A DNA stretch of 64,000 nt from Felis catus (GCF_018350175.1 NC_058373.1:100132001-100196000); one strand, 5' to 3'. Positions 1 to 13,351 are shown, numbered from the stretch's first letter. The notes: generated by a model from the sequence alone, not told the origin. Translations and numbers: made by a program.

Positions 1-466
1 ATTATAATTATTCTCTGAAATTAATGTAACTTCAACTTGAAAGCAGGTAAAATAGCTATAGCCACAAAAAGACAAATACAGAGTACCAAAAGGAGAATTA
101 GTAATCTATTCTCTGTTACTAACTACCTGATCTTGGGAAATGAAATAAACCTGGCTGGCTCTAGGTTATTTCATCTATAAAATGAGATTCTATAATCCAC
201 TGAATGAACATGTATGAAATGTCCACAGTACTCCCATAAAAGTCTAACACTATTCTGTTTTTTAAAGAAGAAAAAAAAAATATTTGTTGAAAGTCATGTC
301 CACATGTTTCTCCAGAGGGGAACTAGATTAATTAATAAGTATTTTCTATGTCCAAATATATCCTTTAACAAAGTGAATGTGATTTGCAATTTAGAGTCAT
401 TATGATTTTGTTTGTTTAGATAAATCACTGTATCTTTCAAGATTTTCTAAATGAAATGACCCATAC

Positions 467-587
467 TTAAAACAGTTTTCTTCATAGATGACATTCCATA
501 TCTTCCAAGCATCTGGTCCTTTGTAACCCGTGTAGCGCTCAGGATTAAGGAGCAAATCTACATATTCGGCATCAGGAGACTGTATAT
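467..587 (-). CDS. ERO1A: ERO1A coding exon 7 (121 nt)
   Basis: Minus strand reads (D)[39 protein letters not shown](K). AG acceptor at 588-589, GT donor at 465-466. Contains the Ero1 NPERYTGY motif and C208. Confidence 0.97.
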
Positions 588-1129
588 CTGGAAAATAAAA
601 TGTTTCATTAAGTCTTTTCCTTCAGTTACCTTAAAAAACTGGTATAATAGACTATACTCCACTGATTCTAAGGCACTACAAATGTAACAGTGCATCCAGA
701 CTTTAAAAACAACCTTTTACAAGAGATGAGAGAAGGAACAAACAGCCACATTAAATGTACTCACTAGTTGCAAAAGCATCCTGCTTTTAAAAATGATGAA
801 AAATAGGAATATGTCAATTTTAGAATTGAAGAAATATGGTAGTTCAATTCTCATAAGCTATCCAGGCAAAGAATATACTGTGTATTTCCACCCCCCCCCC
901 ACCCACCCACATTAACCACAAGCAATTCATCAGTAACTAAAGTAAATGAAGATTATGACTACCATACACTGCTTGTTGCCAAAAACTTCCTTCTTAACAC
1001 GAGCACCATTGAGATCCACTACAAAGCTGTCCCAAAGGTATCATCCTAAACATGCAAAAAATTATAAGCAGGGTATTAGCATCAGCACTATTTATTAAAG
1101 GGAAAATCAGAAGCAAACTGAAACATCCA

Positions 1130-1340
1130 ACAGAGCAGAGCCTGGGCTCTGGAACCCGAGTGTGTGGGTTAGAATCCAGTCCCTACTCCTTATTCAGTGT
1201 GGAACTCAGGGCAAATTACATATATTCTAGGCATTGGTGTCGTCATTTATAAAATGGGGATGAAATACACTACTGTGATTTAAGTTTCTATGTGTAGAGC
1301 TTAGAACAACAGTAAGAATATAAAACATATTAGCTAGTGG
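1130..1340 (+). mobile_element. MIR fragment
   Basis: Core-like 'ctgggctctgga...gggcaaattac...gtcatttataaaatggggat'. Confidence 0.6.
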
Positions 1341-1463
1341 TATTATGACATATCTTAACAGACCATTATACAATCAACAAAATTGTTAAGTACAAAGACT
1401 ATCTAATAAAATGAAAAGATAAGCAATTAGACACTAATGAAAAACATACAAAAATTGGTGGCA

Positions 1464-2645
1464 GGGACGCCTGGGTGGCTCAGTTGGTTAAGTGTCCTAC
1501 TCTTGATTTCGGCTCAGATCATGACCTCACGGTTGTGACATCAAGCCCTGTGTTGGGCTCTGAGCTGAGTGTGGATCCTGCTTAAGATTCTCTCTCCCTC
1601 TGCCCCTCCCCCACTCACGCGCACGCACAGGCTGTCTCTCTCTCTCTTAAAAAACAATTGATGGGATATTGGTTTCTCGTATGTTCTCATATAAATTTGT
1701 ATAATGTATTATAACTTTGAAAGCAAAAAATGGCCCTGGTTCTCCAGGGGCTTTGAGAAATTATTTAATATACATCAACACCTTATCCATTTATATTGTT
1801 TTATTTTTTTTGAGAGAGAGAGAGCAAGCGGTACAGGCAGAGAGAATCCTAAGCAGGCTGAGCCACCCAGGCATCCCCCCTTATTCATTTATAAAGCGTA
1901 ACAATGTGAACGAATAATGAAGAAGTGGGCAAAAATGCCTCAAAGCAGCCAAAGTAGATGACAAAATCGGAGCACACAGGCGTATGTATGAAAGTTCATC
2001 AAGCTCTCAACAGACGTACTTCTTATTAAAAACACAATGACAGATGCGCCTGGGTGGCTCAGAAGGTTGAGAGCCCAACTCTTGATTTTGGCTTAGGTCA
2101 CGATCCCAGGGTCATGGGATCAAGCCCCACATTAGGCTCCACGTAGAGCATGGAACTTAAGATTCTCCCTCTGCCCCTCCCTCCTGTTCTCTCTCTCTCT
2201 CAAAAAAAAAATTTTTAAAACAAAACACAATGACAAAAGCAAAAATAAAACTAAGTTTGGTTAGTTTTATCCTAATTAACAGTATACTCGAGACCTAAAT
2301 TAGAGGAAATTTTGCTTCTAGAAGTAGCACAGTGACAACATCTAGAAATAACTGACACTTCATGCAGAAGTAGCAATTAACATAACTAGGAAAAGTAGAA
2401 ATAAAAACTTAAAAACAAATTTGCATAGGGGCGTCTGGGTGGCTCAGTCAAGTTAAGCGTTTGACTCTTGATTTCAGCTCAGGTCACGATCTCATGATTC
2501 ATGGGTTTAAGTCCCATATCAGGCTCTGCACTGATGATGGTGTGGAGCCTGCTTGAGATTCTCTCTCTCCCTCTCTCTCTCCCCTTCTCCCACTCACACT
2601 TGCTTGTGCTCTCTCTCTCTCAAACCAAGTAAATATTAAAAAAAA
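1464..2645. mobile_element. Cluster of CanSINEs (about 1464-1655 +, 1800-1878 - internally deleted, 2044-2220 +, 2428-2645 +)
   Basis: ggggcgcctgggtggctcag heads, (CT)n tracts, A-rich tails. Confidence 0.88.
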
Positions 2646-3399
2646 TTTGCATGAACTCCTCTAGTTGAGGAACAGATATTCTATTCATCTCAACTAATAC
2701 TAAAAGTATTGCCACAGTATATATAGCAAATTATAATAAATTCATAAAAACTCTCATTTTTAAAATATACAAATAACGGCTCAGCATCTAGTACTTTAAG
2801 ACAGAAAACTAATCACCAAGAAATTTATTAAATTTTTAATATTCTGCCTAATTAGACATAAACATTAGGTGATTGGTAATTTTACTTACAGCAAATACTT
2901 CATCTTGCCTCATCTTTTTAATAAAAAATAATTGTTACAATAACCATGTTTTGCCAGATGACAAAAGCTCAACTTTCTAATTAAAATGTGTACAACACCT
3001 TTTGTCTTCTACCTACTACTTATATAATTTCTTCATTATAAAGCTATCCTTTTTTGTTTTAATATTGACCCTCCTTGAACAGAAGAAACAAATATAAATG
3101 GACAAGTGATTCATCCAAGATAACAGAAGTCCACGGATAACAAATGAATTATTGATTCTCAGTCCTTGCTACACAAATACAAGCATGTAGCCTCAAAAGG
3201 AAACTATGGTAAACAAAGTTAAAGTATTACTGTTCGTTCTCTAGCACTGCAGGTCTAAAAAAATGTGCTGCATGTTATAAGCTTAATTTTATTTCACACG
3301 GTAACACTCAGGCCAAAGAATCTTTGTGAGAAAGACAGTAAAATTAGGGGGTTGAGAGAGTATTTTATCTCCCTAAGTTTACTAGTCTAAACCTTGGTG

Positions 3400-3675
3400 T
3401 AAGTCCACAACTCCTTATCCAACATCCCTGGGGTCAAATGTGTTTTGGAATTCAGAACTTTTCAGATTTTAGAAAAGTATTACAGTATATGCAACATATA
3501 CTGAGTAGTATTACTCCAGCAGGGACCAGGGAGCAACTTTTAACCAAACACCAAAAATATTTCTGTAGTGAAACAGGTGAATATTCACACTAAATGAGTC
3601 TGTGCTAAACTTAGGGGGGAAATACTAATTTTTCAGAGCTTTCTGATTTTGAATTGTGAACACAGGATTATAAAT
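3400..3675. mobile_element. Old Tigger-family non-autonomous DNA transposon (MER46C-like)
   Basis: 'gtccacaactccttatcc...ggaattcagaacttttcagattttagaaa' resembles the recalled consensus; degenerate ends. Confidence 0.5.
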
Positions 3676-4334
3676 ATTATCTGACAGAACATGGTCATGT
3701 TTTAGAGTAGGGGAAGCATACGTTTCTTTTTTTTTTTTTTCTTCCAAAGTGAAACCACCAGGTTAAAAATAAGTACTTTCCCTTTGCCTTCCTCTTTTTG
3801 GGGGGAATTGCAGGATTCGGCTCTCACTTGCAATTAAAATGATCTGTACCACTCTTTTTGCTAAGATTTTCAAAAGATCATTAATCTGCTTCAAAAGAGC
3901 GCCACTGAAGGATATCAAAATTCAGTCTGGTTTGATTTTGTTTTTAGCCAATTAACAGGCTAACCATTCAACTTAGAAACAGGAAGATACTAGGAACAGG
4001 AGAATAGGAGAATCCATAAATCTGATGGAAGGGTGCCAACGGGTGCTAGGGCTCCTGGATATGAACACAACCAGCACTCTGGCCCAGCTCCAGATGCCTC
4101 AGAGCAACTCATGGCTCATTCTTCTCTTTCCCAAAAGTAACGCACACCATCGTTAAGGTAAATATGTAACAATCCAAGGCCAGTGCAACAAAAGCAGGTT
4201 TTTGCAATCTCTACGTTTGAGCTATTTATGCCAAATGCCTGTGTATATTACAAAAATTACATATACATATTACTGAGATATGCACAACTGTAAGACTCAG
4301 GAGGTAATTTTTTTCCAGAAACGGAGGTGTTTTT

Positions 4335-4882
4335 TGCTTTTTTTTTTTTTAACTTCGGTAAAACATGTATAACGTAAAACTTACATTTCAGCCGTGTTTA
4401 ACAGTTGTGCAACCATCACCACCAACGGTTTCCAAACTTTTCTATGACCCCCAACAGAAATTCTATAACCATTACACAATAACACTCCGTTCTCCCCTGC
4501 GTCTAACCTCTGGTTACTCTATCAACTTGCCTAAATATTTTATGCAAATGGAATCATGATAGTTGTCCTTTTGTGTCTGGCTTATTGCATTTAGCATAGT
4601 ATTTGCAAGGTTTATCCATGTTGCAACGCATATCAAACTTTTTTTCTTTAATGGCCAAATGATATTCCACTGTATATATTTATTATGTTCTGTTTGTCCA
4701 TTCATTAGTTGATGGATACATGGGTCGTTTCTACCTTTTGGCTGCTGTGGATAATGTTGCCATGAATATGGGCATATGAGTGTCTGTTCCCCTGTCTTTA
4801 ATCTTTTTCGATATATACTTAGGGGTGAATTATTAGGTCATATGGTAATTTTGCCTTTCGTTTTTTGAGGAACTGCCAAACT
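4335..4882 (-). mobile_element. Old L1 (L1MB-like) 3' fragment
   Basis: Minus-strand ORF2 C-terminal remnant (ICVATWINLANTMLNAISQTQKD) and poly-T tail near 4340. Confidence 0.85.
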
Positions 4883-4973
4883 TTAGAAACTGAGTTCTAA
4901 AAACCATTTGAAAAGATTTTTCTTTCCTTAGGCACAATTTGAAACGAAATGCACACGATAAAAAGCGTTATAC

Positions 4974-5047
4974 CATCAGCTTCACAGAAGCTGTCTGAGG
5001 AGTCATCATGCTTGGTCCACTGAAGCACAGCCTTCTGTGTTTCCTCG
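4974..5047 (-). CDS. ERO1A: ERO1A coding exon 6 (74 nt)
   Basis: (S)EETQKAVLQWTKHDDSSDSFCEAD(D). AG at 5048-5049, GT at 4972-4973. Phase matches exons 5 and 7. Confidence 0.96.
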
Positions 5048-5150
5048 CTTCAAATGAAGAAAACAAGTAGTGTTATCATTTTTTTTAAAATGAATATTTC
5101 ACAAGAAAAAATATAAAATACTAAAGCAGAAAAAAAAAAAAAAATCAAAC

Positions 5151-5227
5151 CTCAGCGATTCATCCACAGCGCCAAGCCGTTCAGCTTGCTCACATTCTTC
5201 AATGAGATTGTTGGCTACCTCAGAATA
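5151..5227 (-). CDS. ERO1A: ERO1A coding exon 5 (77 nt)
   Basis: YSEVANNLIEECEQAERLGAVDESL(S), includes regulatory C131. AG at 5228-5229, GT at 5149-5150. 103-nt intron to exon 6. Confidence 0.96.
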
Positions 5228-5354
5228 CTAAAAGGAAAAGGGGAATAGATGGATTACAATTTACTGCGTTTTTAAAACTTTCTCAAGTTCAAAGTTATTT
5301 AAGTTTCATTTATACCTAGCACCATTTCCGTGGCTTCGAAACTTAAAAAAAACA

Positions 5355-5536
5355 GGGGGGTGCCTGGGTGCCTCCGTCAGTTGAGCGACTGGCTCTTGAT
5401 TTCAGCTCAGGTCATGATCCCAGGGTTGTGGGATTGAGCCCCATGTCGGGCTCTGTGGTGAAGGTGGAGCCTGCTTGAGATTCTCCACCCCCCCCCCCCA
5501 ACCTGTGATCTCTCTTAAAAAAAAAAAAAAAAAAAA
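5355..5536 (+). mobile_element. CanSINE
   Basis: tRNA-like head, A tail. Confidence 0.88.
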
Positions 5537-5936
5537 CCCTGAAAAAAATTAAGCCCTCATTTCCCCTGAAGCTAAAAAAAAATAAGCAAAAGGCTCTGCC
5601 TCTTGCTTTTGTTGATGAAAACATTTACTATAATGGTCACAAAATAAAGAATATAGTTCTGATAACTCATTACAAGCTGTTCACGAAGAAAATCTCTGAG
5701 GTAGAAGGAACAATGGGCAAGGCAACCTCCCACTGTTCTAATGGCTTAATTGCAAGCACCAGTTTTCTCGTCCATAAATAAGTGGTTAGACCAGATGATG
5801 TGGGTGTAGGTCTGTCTCAACTCTAAATATGATTCTACATATGCCCTGGAGCCTACATCTTATAAAAAGTATTCTTGTATCTTCAGGTGTTTAAAATACA
5901 TTCTGTAACAACCGCATTTCTTCTCAATATTTAAGT

Positions 5937-5973
5937 CACACACACACACTCACACACACACACACGCACACAC
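5937..5973. repeat. (CA)n microsatellite, interrupted
   Basis: Direct reading. Confidence 0.9.
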
Positions 5974-6603
5974 GCTATTCTGCTGGGAGTGTACGTGGCA
6001 CAGGGAAAAGTGAATGTGGATCATAAGATTTCACAACACACTAGCTATCACCACCACAGAGATGAAAGGCATACTGGAAGAAGTCACAAATTCAATCAGC
6101 AAATATTTATTGGGTGCCTACTACACCCTTATTGCTTAGGATGACCATGCAAACGACTGCCCAGTCTATGATACTTCCAAGGATAAAAGGGAACCCTAAA
6201 ATAACTGAAATGATACGTTTTTGAAATATTTATTTACTGAATAACGACTTTGTTTCTTTACATTCGTTGATTTGTAAGACAGCTCAATTTGAACACTTTT
6301 CAAAAATAAAATTCTTTTTATGCAATTAAGTATTAAGGGGTGAAGGGATATGTGTTCAATGTACTCTCGGATGGTTCAGAAAATAAGAATATGCATATAG
6401 AAAAAACAAGATAACACAAATGAGGCAAAATATTAAAAATTAGTGAATCTGTAAAGTACACAAAATGTCTTTTATTAATACTGCAAATTTTCTATAAGCT
6501 GTTAATTAGCTTAAGATAAAAAGTTAAAAACACATAAAAAATGAACAGAGGCACCTATTTCAAGTAGGAATATGAATTTATCCAATTAAAAACAAAACAA
6601 GAG

Positions 6604-7095
6604 TTTCTTTTTTTAAATTTTTCATGTTTTTTTGTTTATTTTGAGAGCGAGCACACACAAGCGGGCGAGTGGCAGAGAGAGAGGGGGACAGAGGATTTGA
6701 AGCAGCAGGGAGGGAGGGGGAGAGAGAGAGAATCCCAGGCAAGCTCTGTGCTGTCAGTGTGGAACCCAACCTGGGGCTCAATTTCATGGACCCCAAGATC
6801 ACAACCTGAGCTGAAACCAAGAGTCAGACACTTAACAAACTAAGCCACCAAGGCACCCCAAAAACAAGAATTCCATCAATAAGAGACTCTTCCCTGAGGC
6901 ACCTGGGTGGCTCAGTTGAGCATCGAACTTTAGGCTCAGGTCATGATCTCGCGGTCCGTGAGTTCGAGCCCCGCGTCAGGCTCTGTGCTGACAGCTCAGA
7001 GACTGGAGCCTGCTTCAGATTCTGTGTCTCCCTCTCTGCCCCTCTCTTGTTAATGCTCTGTCTCTCTCTCCAAAAATGAATTAACATTAAAAAAA
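6604..7095. mobile_element. Head-to-head CanSINE pair (6604-6859 -, 6897-7095 +)
   Basis: Opposite orientation, about 37 nt apart. Confidence 0.88.
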
Positions 7096-7275
7096 ATTTT
7101 TTAATGAACTTCCAAAAGTTCTGAGTCCATCAAAAAATTAGTCTTTTGAATTAAATGATTTTCTGTTTGAAACAACTGATTATAGCATCATTTAACTATG
7201 TGCAAAGTTCTGCCATTGGAGCCAACACATTAACAGCTATGACTTTATTCTTTTTATGTGAACAAGAAAACATGG

Positions 7276-8200
7276 AATAAAAAATGAGCATATTTGGGGT
7301 GCCTGGCTGGCTCAGTTGGTAGAACATGTGACTCTTGATCTTGGGGTTGTGGGTTCAAGCCCCATATTGGGTGTAGAAATTACTTAAAAATAAAATCTTT
7401 AAAGAAAAAAATGAGTGAAATTACTTTAGAGTCTATGGTGAAAAAGTGCAGAATAGTGATTGCCCCTAAGGGAAAAAATAGAAATTGACTAGCACAGAGT
7501 ACCAAGGAACTTTCTAGGTAATGGTCATGTTCTATATTATAATAGAAGCCTAGGGGCGCCTGGGTGGCGCAGTCGGTTAAGCGTCCAACTTCAGCCAGGT
7601 CACGATCTCATGGTCTGTGAGTTCGAGCCCCGCGTCAGGCTCTGGGTTGATGGCTCAGAGCCTGGAGCCTGTTTCTGATTCTGTGTCTCCCTCTCTCTCT
7701 GCCCCTCCCCCATTCATGCTCTGTCTCTCTCTGTCCCAAAAATAAATAAACGTTGAAAAAAAAAATTTTTTTTAATAAAAAAAAAAAAGCCTAAATTACA
7801 CAGGTATATGCATTTAGCAAATGTACACTTAAAATTTGTGCATCTCACCATGTTAATTTTATAAAAATGAAAGCAAACATTAGGCTCTAATGATACACTT
7901 CTAGTTGGGTGGTGTGTATATACATGTGTGTTATATACATATATATAGAGAGAGAGATTGAGAGAGAGAGAGAGACGATGACATATTTAGGGTAATGTGT
8001 ACTGATGCTTGCAATTTACTTTGAAATGGATCTAAAAAATAAGATTTTTTTATGGATAACTACAAGGATAGACAGATACATATGTGAGAAACGTAAGTTT
8101 ACAATAATGTTAATGATACAAATCCAGGTGATGGGTATGAGTGTTCACACGAAAATTCCTTCGGCTTTGCTGGATATATAAAAATTTTCACAGTAACATA
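7276..8200 (+). mobile_element. Short CanSINE (7276-7410) then old L1ME-like 3' end interrupted by a young SINEC_Fc (7553-7786)
   Basis: 'aaggaactttctaggtaatggtcatgttctata...aatttactttgaaatg' is typical of an old L1 3' UTR. SINE is flanked by an 'aagccta' repeat. Confidence 0.75.
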
Positions 8201-9109
8201 CATATTAAAAATTTTAATTCAGAACAATAATTTAGTCTACATGAAAAACCACATATACCAGAATGATATGTAAATGCACCACTATAGCTGCACATGTTAA
8301 GTTATTATTTTTAGACATAACGAGTAATTTACAACTAGTAATTTACAAAGTAGGTGCTTTGGCTTTGTCGGTAGATTTGTGTGTTCTGGTGTTTATGTGG
8401 TCACAGATATTTCTATGCCCCTTGCGGATGGTAAATGATGACCTTTTGTGCAAGTTATATATCATCATCAACTGTGGTGAGAAATCGAAATTTAATACTT
8501 CTTCCTTAAGCATGTACTTCTTTATTTCTTTCTAGTTATTTCAGCCAAAAGGATTCATTGTAAAATTTTTGATTACTAAATAGTAAAATAATTATAAGTT
8601 GTCGATATGCACTTTACAAAAAAATATATAAAACCACTATAGGAAGTGGAAGACTACTCTCTCTATGCAGGATTGCTCACCCACTATTTCCCATATATAT
8701 TTTAAATAAACCTGACCTATAATTTGCCAGGTTTCCCACTGACAAGTCAAATGGCAGCCTGGCAGCTTAGGATATATCAGGACACAGAACAATTGGCTGA
8801 TAACTCCGAGAGACCAGCAGGGCAGAATGTCGATGCTGTTCCCTCCACTTCCCAAGACTGTAAGGAGTTAGTTGCCCCCAGAATTGTGTCTGCCTGGAAT
8901 TGTTTTATCAGCAGGTATTTTATCACCCTGTATACTGTCCTTGAAAAATCATTTATTTACATTTAGGGAAGGTCAGGAAAAGAGGCACAAATTATTATTG
9001 GTCAACTTGATATTAAAGTAAGAACTCTTTAGTGTACATACATCTCAGAGGAGACAACAAAGGAAACTAGAAATACAAAGTACTTGGTCAATTAAATTGA
9101 TCTTAACTT

Positions 9110-9620
9110 ATTTTAATTTTTTTTAATGTTTATTTCTGAAAGACAGAGAGACAGCATGAGCGGGGGAGGGGCAGAGAGGGAGACACAGAACATGAAGCAG
9201 GCTCCAGGCTCCGAGCTGTCAGCACAGAGCCTGACGCAGGGCTTGAACCCACAAGCCATGAGATCATGACCTGAGCCGAAGTTGGACGCTTGACCAACTG
9301 AGCCACCCAGGCGCCCCCAACTTAACTTGTTTTAATGCAACTATTAATATTTTGTTTAAAAAGTTTAAAACTCAGGACAAATGATAAATCATTCAGGATG
9401 CTGGGGCACCTGGGTAGCTCAGTCAGTTAAGCGTCTGACTTCGGCTCAGGTCATGAACCCACAGTTTGAGTTCAAGCTTCGCATGGGGCTCTCTGCTGTC
9501 AGCACAGAGCCTAGAGCCTCCTTCAGACCCTCTGTCTTCTTCTCTCTCTCTCTCTCTGCCCCGCCCCCACTCACGTTGTCTTTCTCTCTCTCCCTCCCTC
9601 TCTCAAAAATAAACATTTGA
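9110..9620. mobile_element. Head-to-head CanSINE pair (9110-9317 -, 9402-9620 +)
   Basis: Recognisable SINE bodies, TSD ttaactt(a/g)ttttaat around the first. Confidence 0.88.
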
Positions 9621-9989
9621 AAGCCATCATACAGGATGCCAGAACAACAGGCATAAACCAGTCCTGCCTCAGGCAAACCTTGGCATATGGTCCCTTGATG
9701 TACTCTTGTTACTCTCTAAGTGCTTTGGATTTTACTCCAAGAGAGATGGAACACATGAGAGAATTTTAAACAGAGGAGAGATACTACCTGAATTCTTAAA
9801 AAAAAAAAAAAAAAAAAAATCACTCTGGCTGCTGTCTTTAGAAGAGGCTCTACAGATGCAAGGAGGGTAGAGTAGGCAGACCATTTAAGAGGTTACTACA
9901 ATAATCCAGGCAAAAAATGATGACATCTTTAAATACAGCAGTAGCAATAAAGATTGTTAAGATTCTGGATATATTTTAAAGCTTTGTAA

Positions 9990-10337
9990 TCACAAATTGA
10001 ATTCTTCCTACCAAAATAGGCCTTGAGACAATAATAACCCAGTAACATTTAGCACCCCTAGGAACCAGATTATAATCTCTAAACACCATTTCCCACTAAA
10101 AGAACCAGGACTATTTAGAAAAAAGGTTAATAGAAAAAAGGTTAACTCCAAGCTCAGAGTGAGAAAAATGCAAAATAAGCCTAGAAGATCTTTTCATAAT
10201 AGAAAGCAAAAATTCTAGGGGCACCTGGGGTGGCTCAATTGGTTAAGCAACCGATTCTTGATTTTGGCTCAGGTCATATCTCACTGTTCGTGAAATCTGG
10301 GGTCTGGTTTGGGCTCTAAGTGTGGAGTCTGCTTGGG

Positions 10338-10375
<38 letters not shown>

Positions 10376-13150
10376 CCACACCTGCCCTCTTTCCCTCTTT
10401 CTCTCTCTCTAAATAAATAAATAAACATTTAAAAAAGGAAAAAAAAAGTCTACTAAGACTACTGAGATTATCTCAAAGGCCATGGTCACTTACTTGAAGG
10501 AGCATCTAGTGACCAAAGATGGAAAAACATCAAAAGGAATAATAAAAATGACTACAAAAGAGTCCAGTACATTAAATACGTCAAAACTCCGAAGTTCATA
10601 ATAACACTTAAAAATAAAAATCTTATTGGTCATCTCTGGAGATGCTAGAGCACCAAACTCATAATTATTCTGAAAACTGGTAAGCAAAGGAAAAGAATAA
10701 AGCATTTATACTGTGTGCCCTGCATAAACTGTATTTCAGGGCATCCAAATAGTTGACAAGAAATGGTTTTATAGAATAAAAACAGATAAGAAGTATGGAA
10801 AGAATGATAAAAATATGTTTTCAGTCATATGTGGAATTTGAGAAACTTAACAGAAGACCAAAGGGGAAGGGAAGGAAAAATAAGTTACAAATAGATAGGG
10901 AGGGAGGCAAACCATAAGAGACTCTTAAATACAGGAAACAAACTGAGAGTTAATGGGGGTGGGGGCTTGGGGGGGAAAATGAGTGATGGGCATCGAGGAG
11001 GGCACTTGCTGGGATGAACAGTGGGTGTGGTATGTAAGTAATGAATCACAAGAATCTACTCCCGAAGCCAAGACTACACTCTATACACTATATGTTAGCT
11101 GTCTTGATAAAAAATTACTCAAAAAAAAAAAAAAAAAGATGATATAATTAGAATATCAACATTTTCAAGCCCCTAATGAAAGAATGCAATAAGTAATAAT
11201 CATCAAAGCGGCTAATAAAACTTTCAGGTAAAAAGCTAGTGGGTAACTTTATAATGGATACATAATGAACCCCATGATAGATCTTAACATCATAAAAAAA
11301 GAAAACCAGACATTATGTGTCTTCTGATATGATGTAATAGTAAGTACACAGCAACTCTAATCAATATATATCAGAAAATGAATCTGAAAAGCCTTATTAC
11401 CAAAAAATAGGGAGAGGAATGGACATGTATTGAAAGACATTTAAGAGACAGAAACATACAAGTAGTACCAGAAAATAAGGAAGTGCTAAAAAAAGAGAAA
11501 AACCACAATGATGGGAGTATGTTAAAGGGACACAGGAACAACTGAAACAGCTCCCAATGGCCAGAACAGAATGATTTGAACAGTAAAATAAAGTCATACC
11601 TGATTATAATCCAAAGTACAAAATAAACATCTCATGATATAAATACATGATTGAAAAAATAAGTAAATGGAGGGAGATATAAATCTCCCATACTGAAAAT
11701 TCCAATTTATATCCTTAAGAAGATAGAGCCCTCCTGAAGTATGGGCTGTGCACAGTGAGCTCCCTCCAAAGAATGCAGTGTGGAAAGGGTGGAAAATAGT
11801 AAATCTACAGTGGAGAAAACCTGACAAAAATTATGTCAGGTGATCAAGGTTAACATTAACAGTAATAAGTCATGTTGATACTATGTACCCTTGAAGCGAT
11901 GTGATGAAAATGGCACTTTAACTCTGTAGTCTTCCTCCCCAAAACACATAACCCCAGTGTAATCATGACAAAAGCATCAGACAAATCCCAATTTATGGAC
12001 ATTCTACAAAATACCTGACAAGTATTTCTCTAAACACCTTATCAAAAACAAGGGAAGTTTGAGAACCTGTCACAGCTATGAGAAGACTAAGGAAACATGA
12101 CTATTAAATATAATGTGGTATCCTAGATGGGATCCTGAACAGAAAAAGGACATTAGGTAGAAATCTGAACAAAGTATGGACTTGAGTGATATCAATATTG
12201 ATTCATTAATTATAACAAATGGATCATAATAATGTAAGATGTTAATTATAGATGAAACTGGAATGGGGTATATGGGAACTATATTATCATCACAATTTTT
12301 CTGTAAATCTAAAAGTATTATAAAATCAATACTTTTATTTATAAAGGTAAAAATACTTTTAAAATCAATACTATTTAAAAAAGAGATTGGGAGGTGCCTG
12401 GGTAGCTCAGTCAGTTAGGTGTCTGACTCTTGATTTCACCTCAGGTCATGATCCCAGGGTGGTAGGATCAAGCCTCACATTGGGCTCCACACTGAGCACG
12501 GAGCCTGCTTGGGATTCTCTCTCTTCCTCTCTCTCTGCTCCTCCCCAGCTCGCACTCTCTCTCTCTCTCTCTCTCTCTCAAAATAAATAAATAATTTTTT
12601 TTAATGTTTTTTATTTATTTTTGGGACAGAGAGAGACAGAGCATGAACGGGGGAGGGGCAGAGAGAGAGGGAGACACAGAATCGGAAACAGGCTCCAGGC
12701 TCCAAGCCATCAGCCCAGAGCCTGACGCGGGGCTCGAACTCACGGACTGTGAGATCGAGACCTGGCTGAAGTCGGACGCTCAACCGACTGCGCCACCCAG
12801 GCGCCCCAAATATTTTTTTTTAATTTATGAAAAAAACAAAAGAGAGAGAAAGAGACCTAAGAGACACAGGAACCAAACGCAATGTGTGAAATATGTTTGA
12901 ATCCTGTTTCAAACAAACAAATTATTATGAAACAAGTAGAGAAATCTGAACCCTGACAGTGGTTATATTTTTTTAAGTATTTTTTAATCTTAAAAATGTC
13001 TATGAAACTTTTGTAAACAGAGCGATTTTTCTGTGAATGGCTTTAAAAATAATTGGGAAAATGGAGTGCAAGGTACAGATGAAACAAGATTGGCCATACA
13101 CTAACTGCTGAAGCTATTTATCTCTCATGTTTTCTATAATAAAAGGCTGA
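9990..13150 (+). mobile_element. Old L1MC/L1MD-type 3' region with nested SINEs (10218-10446, 12389-12592, 12595-12807) and a nested carnivore L1 3' end (about 10813-11138)
   Basis: 'gtcttcctccccaaaacacataacccc...tggacattctacaaaatacctgac' resembles old L1 3' UTRs. The nested L1 has a G-rich tract and a poly-A tail. Confidence 0.7.
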
Positions 13151-13312
13151 ACAAAAGAAAAAATAAGGAATTAGAGCCATTGAGTATAAATGACTCCTAA
13201 TGGGTTTTACTGTGAAGGACAACAGAGAAGTAGGGTCATGCCTGGCAGGGGAAATGAGTCTTACGAGTTTTTTGTTAAGATACTAGACACATTAGTAAGT
13301 GTATGTACATAC

Positions 13313-13351
13313 CTTGTAGCTTGCCGATTTAATGCCATCAGGAACTTCATC
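13313..13351 (-). CDS. ERO1A: ERO1A coding exon 4 (39 nt)
   Basis: DEVPDGIKSASYK. Polypyrimidine tract and CAG acceptor at 13352-13354, GTATGT donor. Confidence 0.95.

Noticed and set aside
7276..7410. tRNA-like sequences (also 23174, 59477, 60990)
   Set aside because: Short tRNA-derived CanSINEs with A tails and a degenerate cloverleaf, not tRNA genes.
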